From positions 1,310 to 65,309 of IMG/VR virus record IMGVR_UViG_3300045996_000252: a stretch of 64,000 nt of DNA. One strand, 5' to 3'. The notes under the pieces were generated by a model, which had not been told where the DNA came from, did no database searches, and saw only the letters and a list, made by a program, of their open reading frames with translations. This DNA comes from a virus. Of the stretch, positions 7,445 to 17,338 are shown piece after piece (within the stretch, counting starts at the first letter, position 1; each line of letters begins with the position of its first letter). The position numbers and the translations under genes are program-made.

Positions 7445-8676
7445 GTAGTGTTACTTAGCGGCGAGGGCACAGTGAAGCGTGCTTGTCGGCCAGCGTGAGC
7501 GACAGGTACGCCGTTTGAAGGCATAGGCGTCCACGCAGTGCCGTTGTAGTATTCCCAACCAGTTGCGTCGGGGTACGAGCGATAAACCAACAGGTTTCCT
7601 GAGTCAAACGTGTTGACTGTATCAAGGTGTATCTCAAAATACATATCGCCCGTAGCCGCAGGAGGCATATTGAAAGTGAATGTAGGAGTAGTATCTGTTA
7701 CGGCTTCTGCGTTCGCGGGCGGCGCTATCCATGAAGCACCTTCGGGTACGAACGCGCCAATCTCGGCATCAAGTGTGAACGAGCCTGAGACTACGCTGCT
7801 GATTACGGCGTCAGCGGTAAAGGCTGCCGTTTCCGTGCGTCGAATAATGGCGTCGGCAGTAAATGAGCCAGTGGCTACCGTGCTGATCGTCGCGTCAGCG
7901 CTGAACGATCCAGTAACAGTGTTGCGGATTACCGCATCAGCAGTAAAGGAACCAGCAGCCGTGTTACGAATGATAGCGTCAGCGGTGAATGATCCAGTAA
8001 TAGTGCTAGGCGGCGTAGCCCAATTGAACGACCGGATTGCCGCTCCCCAATCGCGGGAGGTCATACCAGTCTTGCTTAGGCCGTTAGTGCTGCCTGCGGT
8101 TGGAGCGATCAGATACGCGCTCGATACTGTTACGTTGCTGTTGGCAGGGTTACCAGTGGTACCGGCTCTTTGTCCGTTAGTTGAAGGGATAACCCATGTA
8201 CCAGCAGTATCACCAACCGGGCCTTCCGTGCCAACGACACCCACACGCACTGATTCTGTACCGCCCACGATTGGGCCGGTAGCAGCGGTGCTAGCGGCTG
8301 TGCCAGGGCCGGTGTTCTGTGCTGACTCAGCATCGGTCGTGAACCATGTCTGCCCGCCACCCGTAACGCTTGAGCGAAATGAGTCAATGACCATAGCCTT
8401 AGCAGTAAGCGCTGCGGCCCACGTAGCAGTAACCGTACGAGTAGCAGTAGCGTCAGCCACACACCAAGCAAGACGTGTTCTCACACCTGCGCCGACCACT
8501 GCCGTTCCAAGCGTTAGTTGTTGGGTGCCCCAAAATACGCTATCTAGAACCTGATCATCATATGCAAGAGAGACAACAAGCAGATCACCAGCATTCAGAG
8601 TGACTGATGCTGCTGCCAGCGTCGTACCGCTTGTTTTGCTTACCGCTTGCGGACGTGCGGTACGGGTTACAGCCAT
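7414..8676 (-). CDS. repeat-containing tail fibre-like protein, paralog with a 'GWEYYNGTAW' C-terminal domain
   Basis: 420 aa. Six GSFTADAxI repeats, then a C-terminal domain homologous to the C-terminus of 9651..10532. Confidence 0.6.
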   Translation of the reverse strand: MAVTRTARPQAVSKTSGTTLAAASVTLNAGDLLVVSLAYDDQVLDSVFWGTQQLTLGTAVVGAGVRTRLAWCVADATATRTVTATWAAALTAKAMVIDSFRSSVTGGGQTWFTTDAESAQNTGPGTAASTAATGPIVGGTESVRVGVVGTEGPVGDTAGTWVIPSTNGQRAGTTGNPANSNVTVSSAYLIAPTAGSTNGLSKTGMTSRDWGAAIRSFNWATPPSTITGSFTADAIIRNTAAGSFTADAVIRNTVTGSFSADATISTVATGSFTADAIIRRTETAAFTADAVISSVVSGSFTLDAEIGAFVPEGASWIAPPANAEAVTDTTPTFTFNMPPAATGDMYFEIHLDTVNTFDSGNLLVYRSYPDATGWEYYNGTAWTPMPSNGVPVAHAGRQARFTVPSPLSNTTWFRRVRAGS

Positions 8677-8709
8677 AAGGTTGAGTCCTTTAGTGTACGA
8701 ACTATTGAG

Positions 8710-9099
8710 TTAGTTCGACTCTACGAACCCCATTTGCAGTAGCAGCGGAGCGTAGAGTGGTTCGTCGCCCATTTCAATCGTACCATTCGGTAGAATCCAA
8801 ATGACATACGGGCGGCGACGTTTCTGCTTATAGCCAATGGCATATACGCGAAAGCCGGGGACATTCTCCCCGCCCGCTCCAATGGAACCGAACACTCGGC
8901 TCTTGATAATCGGCTTGGCCCCTTCGGGCACCTGACACGCTACCACTGGCAGTGTAGTATTTCCAGTCGGGATCAGTGAAATCTCTTTCGTTTGATTCAA
9001 CTGCTCTTTTGCAGCCCATCCTTTTTCATCTAGGCTGAATTTGTGGTTGCTGCCGTCATTGAGTTGAAGGGCAACCTCGTATTTAAAGGGTAGTGCCAT
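8710..9099 (-). CDS. hypothetical protein
   Basis: 129-aa ORF in the tail-fibre region. Confidence 0.4.
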   Translation of the reverse strand: MALPFKYEVALQLNDGSNHKFSLDEKGWAAKEQLNQTKEISLIPTGNTTLPVVACQVPEGAKPIIKSRVFGSIGAGGENVPGFRVYAIGYKQKRRRPYVIWILPNGTIEMGDEPLYAPLLLQMGFVESN

Positions 9100-9126
9100 T
9101 GAGTTGACTTTCCTTCCTGAACCTTC

Positions 9127-9636
9127 TTAGGTTTCGTCGTACTGGTAGTTAATTGTTTCCTGAGTCCACGGTCCAGCCGTCGCACCCGCTGCGGGCTGCA
9201 ACTGCAACTGTAGAGACTTCGTTACGTTGTTCAACGTGCTGTATGATGCAGTGTCCCAAGTTCCCTTGGCACCTGACGTACGAGTGTACGCGTCGATATC
9301 GGCTGCCAACGCCGTAGCCGAAGGTGTCACGCCACCTGTACCCGGCGTTGCGCCACCAGTACCAACCTGCTCCTTAGCACGAAGGGCAACGTTTGCCTGA
9401 CCCGTACCGTCAGTCCACCACAAGAAGTTCGTTACAGCGTTGGCCGGTGCTGCATCAATCTTCAAGCGAAGGTTCTTAACGAACGAGTTAGTGCCTGCGG
9501 CAACAGGGTTGTTCGCACGAGTGGTAGCGTCCGTAGCAGCGCTGTCGATGCTTAGGAAACTGATACCAGTCTGTGCAGTTGATTCTGTTGCTGCGTTTGC
9601 TCCGGTGTATACCCGGACTGAAATGGTTGCTGCCAT
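9127..9636 (-). CDS. hypothetical protein (minor tail?)
   Basis: 169-aa Ala/Thr/Gly-rich ORF. Confidence 0.4.
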   Translation of the reverse strand: MAATISVRVYTGANAATESTAQTGISFLSIDSAATDATTRANNPVAAGTNSFVKNLRLKIDAAPANAVTNFLWWTDGTGQANVALRAKEQVGTGGATPGTGGVTPSATALAADIDAYTRTSGAKGTWDTASYSTLNNVTKSLQLQLQPAAGATAGPWTQETINYQYDET

Positions 9637-9650
9637 TTACTTTCCTTTCC

Positions 9651-10532
9651 TTACTTCGCCCTAATGCGGCGATACCACGTACCACGCTCCAACGGAACGG
9701 GCAGTGTAAACCTAGCGAGGTTCCCAACAGCGGTGTTGGGTACGCCAGATGTGAGCATTGACACCCACGCGGTGCCGTTGTAGTATTCCCATCCTGTAGC
9801 ACTCACGCTTGAGTCATAGAATCGGTAATTACCTGTGTTGAATGCTGCCGTTCTGTCGAACTCTAGTTCGAATGAAACCGCTCCGCCACCAAGGGCAGGA
9901 ACGGTAAACTCCACGGCAGGCGTCATGTCGGTCAATAGTTCTCGGTTGCTAGGTGTAGCCCACACGGGACCGGGCACCGCGTTGATCTGAGCATCCATAG
10001 TGAACGAGCCACCATAAACGCGCTCGATCATGGCGTTGGCGGTAAACGATCCACTGTAGACAGTAGGAATGATGCCTGTAGGAATTTCCAACTCGGCCCA
10101 TGACACAAACACGTCGCGCCGTACGCCGGGGTTGCCACCTACGGTACCTGTTACTTCAAACTCGACCGACAAGGTAGCCCATTCAGCGCCAGAGATAGCG
10201 CCTGTGATAGTCTGCGCCTGTTGAGTCCATACCTCAGTGATTAGGTTATGCGTGAAGGTGTGCAACACGGTTGCGCCCTTCTTAAATCGCACGATAAGGT
10301 TTCTATCGTTGCCACCAGACAAATCCTTGGCATATGCGTATCGCAACGTCTTGGTTCCAGCCTGCGGAGGCAATCCGGTAGACAAGCCAATAGCGCATAT
10401 GCTATTGTTGCCAGAGCCAACCGAAATGTATGAGAGGTCGTCGCGCACTGCGTCGTTGATCTGTCCATACAGCGGCGTCGGGAACCAAGTGCCTACGGCT
10501 ATGTCACTGTTGGGTCGAATGAACTGAGCCAT
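9651..10532 (-). CDS. tail fibre-like protein with two GSFT repeats and the shared C-terminal domain
   Basis: 293 aa. Contains 'SGSFTANAMIERVYGGSFTMDAQI'. Its C-terminal 100 aa align by eye with the C-terminus of 7414..8676 (TGWEYYNGTAW...RFT.P.PL...W.RR.RA). Confidence 0.55.
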   Translation of the reverse strand: MAQFIRPNSDIAVGTWFPTPLYGQINDAVRDDLSYISVGSGNNSICAIGLSTGLPPQAGTKTLRYAYAKDLSGGNDRNLIVRFKKGATVLHTFTHNLITEVWTQQAQTITGAISGAEWATLSVEFEVTGTVGGNPGVRRDVFVSWAELEIPTGIIPTVYSGSFTANAMIERVYGGSFTMDAQINAVPGPVWATPSNRELLTDMTPAVEFTVPALGGGAVSFELEFDRTAAFNTGNYRFYDSSVSATGWEYYNGTAWVSMLTSGVPNTAVGNLARFTLPVPLERGTWYRRIRAK

Positions 10533-10535
10533 CAG

Positions 10536-12710
10536 TTAAAATCCTGCGTAGAAGGAGCACGCAACGCTGAACCAGCCGCTGCCGCCCGGTGCGGTGTTAG
10601 GAATAACATCGCCTGTGGTATTAACTCTTAGTTCGGCCCACTGACCTACTGCCGCGCTGGCAAAAATTAAGTTAATGCCCGGTCGGAATCCGGCTGGCAA
10701 CTGAAATGCCGTAGTGCCTATCGTTCCACCAGCAATCAAGCCCTCCATATGAACATAGCCCAATGCATCCTTGCGATATCTAACGGGAGTAAAATTTAAG
10801 TCAGCGTAAACGCCCCAACCGCTAGCGTAACCGGAGGTCACGTTTGTCCAGCCTATCTCGGCAGGATTATCTACATAGGCCGCGTAGCCCATGTCTTGAA
10901 ACATAACCGTATCAATGTAAAGCGCACCAGTGCTAGTGCCACCATACGAGTTGGTTGCTATTATGCCAGCATTTGCGTCAGAGGTAATGGTGTAGTATTT
11001 TTCGAAATACTCCCAAGAGTTGTTTGTCCAAGTTCCAGACCTCAACACGCCTAACTGTCCAGTGACTCCTTCTAGAGCAATTCCCGCACCAGATTGTGAA
11101 GTAAACGATCCAGACGTTCTCATTCTGAATGATAGTCTATACGTTCTGCCCGCATATACAGTAACATTTTGCCCAAGGAATCCATAGGCGATTCCTGAAC
11201 CAGTGTATCTTAATGAATAGACACCTTCGTAGGCGGTATCAGTAACAGCAGCAGCCGATGTAGTAGCCGAACCACCAATAGTAGGCCATCCTGCCAATCC
11301 CTGCTCAAACGATCCGTTCCTGATAAGGTTTCGTCCACCGGGAGTAGACGGCATTGATCCAGAATCCAGCCGAACCATTCTGAAAGTAGCACGCAGTCTC
11401 ATGCTTGATGATGCAGAGTAGCCATAGTCAATGTTCGATCCGGCGTCATGACCGAATGTGGTGTGAAGATAGTCGCCCGGTTGTAGATATACAATCGTGC
11501 TGGCTTGAATGATGCCACCGTGTGCAGTTGAACCCTGATTAACAGGGATTCTAGTAGCGGCCTCATCTACGCCATTCTTTAGAATAACCAGTTCTCTATA
11601 GCCAGTGAATGTAGGATTGGTATGATGGCCCGAGGCAATTACATAGTACAATCCACCTAGTCCTGCGGGAACGGTCAGCCTACCGTTGTTTGTAGTGGTG
11701 TCGTGGAACCCATCGGTGTCCATGACCTCAGAGTTGTAAGGGATGAGTGTGGCCGAACCGCTATTGCATACGATGGTTGTATCATGGTAAGCGATTACAC
11801 CGATGCCTTGCCCTACCTTGCCAGAGTCCAATTTGGCAAGCATGAACTTAGAGTTAGACGTTATGTTAATAGTTGCGCCCTGCGACTGGTAAACATATGC
11901 TTGCACATAGTCTCCTGCTGCTAGGTCTACAACCGCCGAAACAGTATTGTAAGTTCCTACGCCAGTGACGGTAGCGTTTTGCCAGTGTGAGACAACGTTA
12001 GAGTTCTGATCACCATTCTTTGTAATTATCAACCCACGAAAGCCAGCAGGAGTTACCTGACCTTCAAAGCCCACGTTAGCCGTAACCATATACTTGCCAC
12101 CGAGTCCAGCAGGAATAGTTAGTCGAGTCAATGCCCCCGAAGAATGGAATGAGTCGGTATCAAAAGTCTCTGCGTCCCAAGAGATAGGCGCATATGTGAT
12201 GTTGGTCAATGGCTGTGTTGCAGACAAGGTTAGACTAGCGCCAATGAACGCCTGCGGCACCGAACGTATGGTAGCATCGCCACCCACGACAGACACGGTA
12301 TCAGGCGGGAAGATCAACTTGCTTACGGTAGCGTTGGGTGTACCGTCAGTCTCGGCTGCGACAATCGTACCTCCTGTCAGGCCGGTCACCTGATTGTTTC
12401 GCACGTCTAGGAATCCACCGGCTACAGGGTTAAGCACGGCCTCGACCCAACGATTGCCTCGCTTGTCGATAGCCACACGAACCGGGTCTAGTAGGTTCGG
12501 CTTCATGCCGTTCTCTAGCCGGAACCCTGTAGATGGAACGGTCTCTCCGGGCAGGTATACACTACACGTGTTGGGCGGCGTACCAATGCTTGCCACCGTG
12601 CCCCATAGGATATCCACTCCCGCGCCAGAGCGCACCAAGGCGTTGATCCGCTCGTCTACTACGTTCTTGATGATTCTGTAAGCGTCGTTGAATGAAAATC
12701 CACTAAGCAA
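10536..12710 (-). CDS. minor tail protein with a duplicated receptor-binding-like domain and a CBM-like module
   Basis: 724 aa. Two copies of 'FDTDSFH..G.LT.PAGLGG.Y'. C-terminal 'NLIRNGSFEQGLAGWP' is typical of carbohydrate-binding jelly-roll modules. Confidence 0.5.
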   Translation of the reverse strand: MLSGFSFNDAYRIIKNVVDERINALVRSGAGVDILWGTVASIGTPPNTCSVYLPGETVPSTGFRLENGMKPNLLDPVRVAIDKRGNRWVEAVLNPVAGGFLDVRNNQVTGLTGGTIVAAETDGTPNATVSKLIFPPDTVSVVGGDATIRSVPQAFIGASLTLSATQPLTNITYAPISWDAETFDTDSFHSSGALTRLTIPAGLGGKYMVTANVGFEGQVTPAGFRGLIITKNGDQNSNVVSHWQNATVTGVGTYNTVSAVVDLAAGDYVQAYVYQSQGATINITSNSKFMLAKLDSGKVGQGIGVIAYHDTTIVCNSGSATLIPYNSEVMDTDGFHDTTTNNGRLTVPAGLGGLYYVIASGHHTNPTFTGYRELVILKNGVDEAATRIPVNQGSTAHGGIIQASTIVYLQPGDYLHTTFGHDAGSNIDYGYSASSSMRLRATFRMVRLDSGSMPSTPGGRNLIRNGSFEQGLAGWPTIGGSATTSAAAVTDTAYEGVYSLRYTGSGIAYGFLGQNVTVYAGRTYRLSFRMRTSGSFTSQSGAGIALEGVTGQLGVLRSGTWTNNSWEYFEKYYTITSDANAGIIATNSYGGTSTGALYIDTVMFQDMGYAAYVDNPAEIGWTNVTSGYASGWGVYADLNFTPVRYRKDALGYVHMEGLIAGGTIGTTAFQLPAGFRPGINLIFASAAVGQWAELRVNTTGDVIPNTAPGGSGWFSVACSFYAGF

Positions 12711-13869
12711 GATTGATAACTCGTTTCATACTGATCTTCTGGCGGCTTGTAAGCAACGGCACATTGAACGTGCTCACGATGAAGTTGCTAGCCAGTTCGG
12801 CGTAATTAGGTTCGATGACCTCTAGTACGTCATTGCCCTCAAGGGCGGGATGACAGATTGCTTCCATGTTGACCGTCTGGCCGATGATTCTCGTAGTGGT
12901 GAACAGGCTGCCTGCGGCCAAGTCCACGGACTCCTGAGAAGCCAGCACGCCAGATACCATGCGGTACACACGGTCACCAATGCGGTCGATATTGGTAGGG
13001 CTAAGAGGGTCAGTGTCCATTCGCTCTGCGGTGAACGGGGACTCCTCGATGCCAGTACCCGTAACGTGTACGTGATTGTAGAGGCGCTCGTCGTCGGTCA
13101 CGGATCGAATCAGGTAGGCTAGGTCGCCCGCCTCATCACCATATCCGTATGACCATACGGTAGCACGGCTGATATCAGATCGAGTATCCTCCGTACGCAA
13201 TACGCCCATTGGGTCGAAGAAAATGTCGATTGAATAGTTGTTGCAAACCTTTAAAAGTGCGTCACCTTTAACGTCACCCTTCTCAAACGCAATAGCCACT
13301 TGCAGGCGGTCTGAGTTTGCTGTACGACTATCTAGCGGGTCTAGAACCATATTTGTAACACCTGACTCATCTGCAAGCGTACGTACGAAGTCATTAATCA
13401 GCATGCCAGCAGGGAAAGTGCGAGGCTCGGGGAACTGCGCCTTGTGGAACTTTTTCCATAGGTCTGAGCCAGATAGCACAACCGTAGACATGCTGCGCTC
13501 GACCAATGTTTCGGTCTTGTCCACCATGAAAGTGCCCACAGGAACGTATTCGATTACGGGATTTTCCACGCTCTCGCTGATCACCAGTCCGCGCCACGGA
13601 CGAATGATACGGTTAACGTAGAACAATCCACCCCACTGTCCAGTAGGACTGAACTCACCGTCCTCGTTTAGCAAGGACATGGCAAGCGTGCGTCGAGTAC
13701 CTCGTGTGATATCTACGTCCACCACGCCGTCAATGAAGCCTTTATCCGGCCCGCTGCCACCTAGCACCACCACGGGGTTAAAGTCCGTGTCGAGAATCTC
13801 TAGTTTGCAGCGTACCTCTTGTATAGGACGCCGAAGCGCCTGCTTAAAAGACTCTGATGTAGGCCACAT
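12703..13869 (-). CDS. minor tail protein
   Basis: 388-aa ORF, by position in the tail module. Confidence 0.4.
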   Translation of the reverse strand: MWPTSESFKQALRRPIQEVRCKLEILDTDFNPVVVLGGSGPDKGFIDGVVDVDITRGTRRTLAMSLLNEDGEFSPTGQWGGLFYVNRIIRPWRGLVISESVENPVIEYVPVGTFMVDKTETLVERSMSTVVLSGSDLWKKFHKAQFPEPRTFPAGMLINDFVRTLADESGVTNMVLDPLDSRTANSDRLQVAIAFEKGDVKGDALLKVCNNYSIDIFFDPMGVLRTEDTRSDISRATVWSYGYGDEAGDLAYLIRSVTDDERLYNHVHVTGTGIEESPFTAERMDTDPLSPTNIDRIGDRVYRMVSGVLASQESVDLAAGSLFTTTRIIGQTVNMEAICHPALEGNDVLEVIEPNYAELASNFIVSTFNVPLLTSRQKISMKRVINLA

Positions 13870-14576
13870 TAAACGACTTCAACCCATCCTGTAGAAATCT
13901 CTAGGTGCCCGCCAGTTCGATACTTGAAACCGGGGGCGTCGAACTCAACAAACCATACGTCACCGAATGGTGACTTCATAAGGTGCGGTCCCTTGGTGTT
14001 CTTCAATCGCTCCATGAACGCCTTAGTATCAGCAACCGCACTAGTGTCTGCAAGGGCAGTGATGCTACCCTCGTCACCAAGCACATTGCCACGCACTACG
14101 CGCTTGCGGTTAGATGACAGCGGTTCGAAGACTTCTTGCTGCACCACGGATGAGTGCTCCTCAGAGATAACGTTCAGTTCCAGTGCGATAGAAACGAAGT
14201 TGCCCATCAGGATCATGAACCAAGCATCGGTTACGAGCGCGATAGTTACCATGTCGCCCTGATTGCTCTCTAGCGGAATGTCTCCCACAACGGCCTTGTA
14301 CTGTGTTACAATGTACTCATACTGCACCGTCTGGCCCGCACTATCATCGCGATATTCGGTGATGGTCGGGTCGGTGATATCCTTAAGGATCGTGAACAGT
14401 TGCTCTCCTACCACGCGCCGATAGATTCGATAGGTTACGAAATCGGCGGTGGTCAAGGTTGACTGGTCCCAATTTAACTGGATCGCTGATGATTCTTCAA
14501 GCGCGGTGCCGCTAAATCCTGTAATCGTAGGAGGCGGCGTCCACGCGGTTGTAACTACTTGTTCTGCGGTAGGCAT
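13869..14576 (-). CDS. minor tail protein (distal tail protein-like by position)
   Basis: 235-aa ORF between the large minor tail protein and its downstream neighbours. Confidence 0.35.
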   Translation of the reverse strand: MPTAEQVVTTAWTPPPTITGFSGTALEESSAIQLNWDQSTLTTADFVTYRIYRRVVGEQLFTILKDITDPTITEYRDDSAGQTVQYEYIVTQYKAVVGDIPLESNQGDMVTIALVTDAWFMILMGNFVSIALELNVISEEHSSVVQQEVFEPLSSNRKRVVRGNVLGDEGSITALADTSAVADTKAFMERLKNTKGPHLMKSPFGDVWFVEFDAPGFKYRTGGHLEISTGWVEVV

Positions 14577-17338
14577 TAAATTCCGTCCGTATCTACGGCT
14601 GTTACTTCGAACACGTATTCCGTATTGTTAATCAAGTATCCCGCTGGAATTACATGATTCTTGGTGCTAGAGATAACCGTGTTGGAGTCGTACCGGATCG
14701 TATCGTCCTCTCCACGGCGAACTCGCACGCGATAGTTAGCCTGAGCCTTACCTGCCGGTGATGAGTGTGTCCACGTTACTGTAACCTGAGGCGAGGTAAT
14801 CGTGCTACCCGGAGCGGTGATTGCCACTACGGACGGCTGGCTAGGCTTGAACGTGATGTACGGTGACCATGCACCGTCTACGTTCTTGCTGTCTCGATAT
14901 CGTACTCTCCACTTGTACACAGTCTCGTACGCGAGGGCGGGAGTTCCGTCCCACACGATTGAGTTAGTGCTGGCCGTTAGGCCGGTGGTCTTGACCTGAG
15001 TTGCAATCAGCGCGTCGGTCACGTTGTTGCGAACTTCAATTTCCATCTGCACCGGATAGTCGGCCCACTGTGTCTCGTCAGGGTCAACGAAGGTTGCGCT
15101 GAATGTCGGAGTCAGTGTACCCAATACCGCGCCAGTAATAGGCGTGATATCCTGCGGTGACTGAGGAGCAGCATTGATGTGGAAGTCCGCTAGCGCAGAG
15201 TAGTTGCCTGTCGGTCCAGTGCTCTTGACGTATCGCGCCTGCCATCGGTATGTGCGTCCTGCAACGAGCGCATTAGCGCCGTTGTAAACCTTGCTGAACG
15301 ATGTACCTGATCCGGCCAATTCGCCAGAGTCCCACGTCAACGTAACGCCGTCTTCCTCGTAGATTCGAATGCGGAAGGTCGTAATGACTTCGGCATTGAA
15401 TGTAGTACCAGTGAAGGTTGGCGTTAGGGTGGTCTGCCATGAGTTGTTGATCGGTGCTGTAAGCGTAGGCTGTCCAGCGGAGTCGGTCGTGAAGTCGGCC
15501 AAGCCGGTGTAGGGCTGGAACAAGTTGTCCGCCGTTCGTCGCACACGAATCTTCCACTTGTAGTTAGTGTTCCACGTCAGCGCAGCACCAGCGTAGGTGT
15601 GGCTATAGGTGGTGGCCGAAGTCTTGGCTACCGTGCCAGAGTCGTGCTTAACCGTCACACCGTCGCTCTCGTACACGATTAACTGGATACCGTTAAGTGC
15701 TTCGTTCCACGCTCCTGTGAAGTTAGGAGTCAAGGTGGTGATCGGAGAACCTAGCGGCGCAGTCTGCGTCGGAGTGGTCGATGAGGGCGTCGTGAACGTC
15801 TGCATCGCAGACCATCCTGACGAACCACCGATGTTGCCAAGGATGGCAGCGCGCCACTTGTACTCAGTGTTGTATGATAGGACAGCACCACCGTAGACCC
15901 TAGAGAACGTGGCTCCGTTAGTGATGCCGGAAGTCTGATCGCCAGAAGCCCACTTCAACGTAGTACCATTCGCCTCGTAGACTTCGATGGCGTAAGCCGC
16001 AATCGTATGAGAGGTTGATCCTCTAGCACCAGTGAACGTTGGTGTTAGACTACCTACAACTGTGTTGACAGGCGCAAGATTGACAGGCAGTTCTGTCTTG
16101 TATGTGGTGAATGACGCTACGTTGTAGTTCCAATCACTCCACGCACCATATGCGTCATATGTCTTCGGGTACCAGTAGTAGGTTGTACCCCACGTCAGCG
16201 CGGGACCGTTGTATCCACGCACAGCCGTTGAGGTTCCTGCGGCTACGCCAGTAGCGCCAGAGTCCCATACGAATGTACCAGAGCCAGCGGGGGCACCAGC
16301 ATACATGTGAATCTGGTAGCCGCCCATGTAGTCACCGTAAGGCGCGTCGGCGTCATTGCGCGTGATGTTAAACGTAGGAGTCAGGGTCTTGATAGAGTTG
16401 GTGGGCGTTTCAGAGATAGCACCACTAGGCTGTGACGGCGGCGTGTTAACTAGGTATCTCTGGAAGTCAGAGAATGGACCCCATACGCCGTTCTTGTCGG
16501 CGGTGCGAGCACGCCACTGATACCACATGTTTCCTTGAGGGTGACTGAATGTTCCAGCGAACGATGTGCCGCCCGGATTCCAGTAGTAGTCAAGGATATG
16601 CCATGTGAAGTTGTCGTTGTAAATGTGCACATTAACTCCGGTAATGTACTCACCAGCGTCAACATCATTGTGGTACCCTGAAAGGGTTACGTTGGTGCCC
16701 GTGTGAGTCACTACGCTGCCGGTCGGGTATAGCGAGTGGGGTGCGTACGGAGCGGTGTTGGTGCTGTAGTCCACCCAAATGTACGGCTGCGAGCCTGAGG
16801 CGTGACGTGACCAGAACTGCTTAGAATATGCTGCGCTGCTTTCGCTCGATGCATTGTACAACATGAGGCCGTAGTTGGGGTGTCCGGCGAACCAATCTTG
16901 TACGATTTCAGTAATGACCATGTAATACCACGTGCCATCACTCATGTTACCATATGTCTGCTGGCTGCCGCCCCATGAATCTAGATAGTCGTTTACGACA
17001 GAAGCCCCATTGGCTCCCCACAACTCGTCTACAGCAGATGAGCCACCGTGGCTACCCTCTGACCAGTCCGCCGTCTTGCGGAAGGCATAGATCGTTCCGT
17101 TGCTGGTGCCCTTGGTGTGATAGCCGGACGCAGGCGCGTTTGCACGCATGTACAGACGAGCCTCGTTAATGGCGGTCTTGCCACTAAAGTCGATAGGCGC
17201 GTACAATGTGGCACGCGTTGCATATCCTGTTCCAGCAGACCAGTATCCAATCGGGATGTGAAGGTCACCGGGGTTTGCGGCTCCACCGTTTGAAGCCGCC
17301 ATCATTTGCTTAGTAACCGTCCATGATGAAGTAGCCAT
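14576..17338 (-). CDS. minor tail protein with repeated FN3-like segments
   Basis: 920 aa immediately downstream of the tape measure. Repeated '..TLTPTF(T/S)..' beta-sandwich-like modules. Confidence 0.55.
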   Translation of the reverse strand: MATSSWTVTKQMMAASNGGAANPGDLHIPIGYWSAGTGYATRATLYAPIDFSGKTAINEARLYMRANAPASGYHTKGTSNGTIYAFRKTADWSEGSHGGSSAVDELWGANGASVVNDYLDSWGGSQQTYGNMSDGTWYYMVITEIVQDWFAGHPNYGLMLYNASSESSAAYSKQFWSRHASGSQPYIWVDYSTNTAPYAPHSLYPTGSVVTHTGTNVTLSGYHNDVDAGEYITGVNVHIYNDNFTWHILDYYWNPGGTSFAGTFSHPQGNMWYQWRARTADKNGVWGPFSDFQRYLVNTPPSQPSGAISETPTNSIKTLTPTFNITRNDADAPYGDYMGGYQIHMYAGAPAGSGTFVWDSGATGVAAGTSTAVRGYNGPALTWGTTYYWYPKTYDAYGAWSDWNYNVASFTTYKTELPVNLAPVNTVVGSLTPTFTGARGSTSHTIAAYAIEVYEANGTTLKWASGDQTSGITNGATFSRVYGGAVLSYNTEYKWRAAILGNIGGSSGWSAMQTFTTPSSTTPTQTAPLGSPITTLTPNFTGAWNEALNGIQLIVYESDGVTVKHDSGTVAKTSATTYSHTYAGAALTWNTNYKWKIRVRRTADNLFQPYTGLADFTTDSAGQPTLTAPINNSWQTTLTPTFTGTTFNAEVITTFRIRIYEEDGVTLTWDSGELAGSGTSFSKVYNGANALVAGRTYRWQARYVKSTGPTGNYSALADFHINAAPQSPQDITPITGAVLGTLTPTFSATFVDPDETQWADYPVQMEIEVRNNVTDALIATQVKTTGLTASTNSIVWDGTPALAYETVYKWRVRYRDSKNVDGAWSPYITFKPSQPSVVAITAPGSTITSPQVTVTWTHSSPAGKAQANYRVRVRRGEDDTIRYDSNTVISSTKNHVIPAGYLINNTEYVFEVTAVDTDGI

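Noticed and set aside
4536-8554. Long plus-strand ORFs (4536..5849, 5880..6719, 7610..8554) with repetitive 'ASAVNEP' translations
   Set aside because: They are the antisense reading of the 42-bp tandem repeats of the minus-strand fibre genes. The minus frame is an uninterrupted 1030-aa ORF in a coherent operon.
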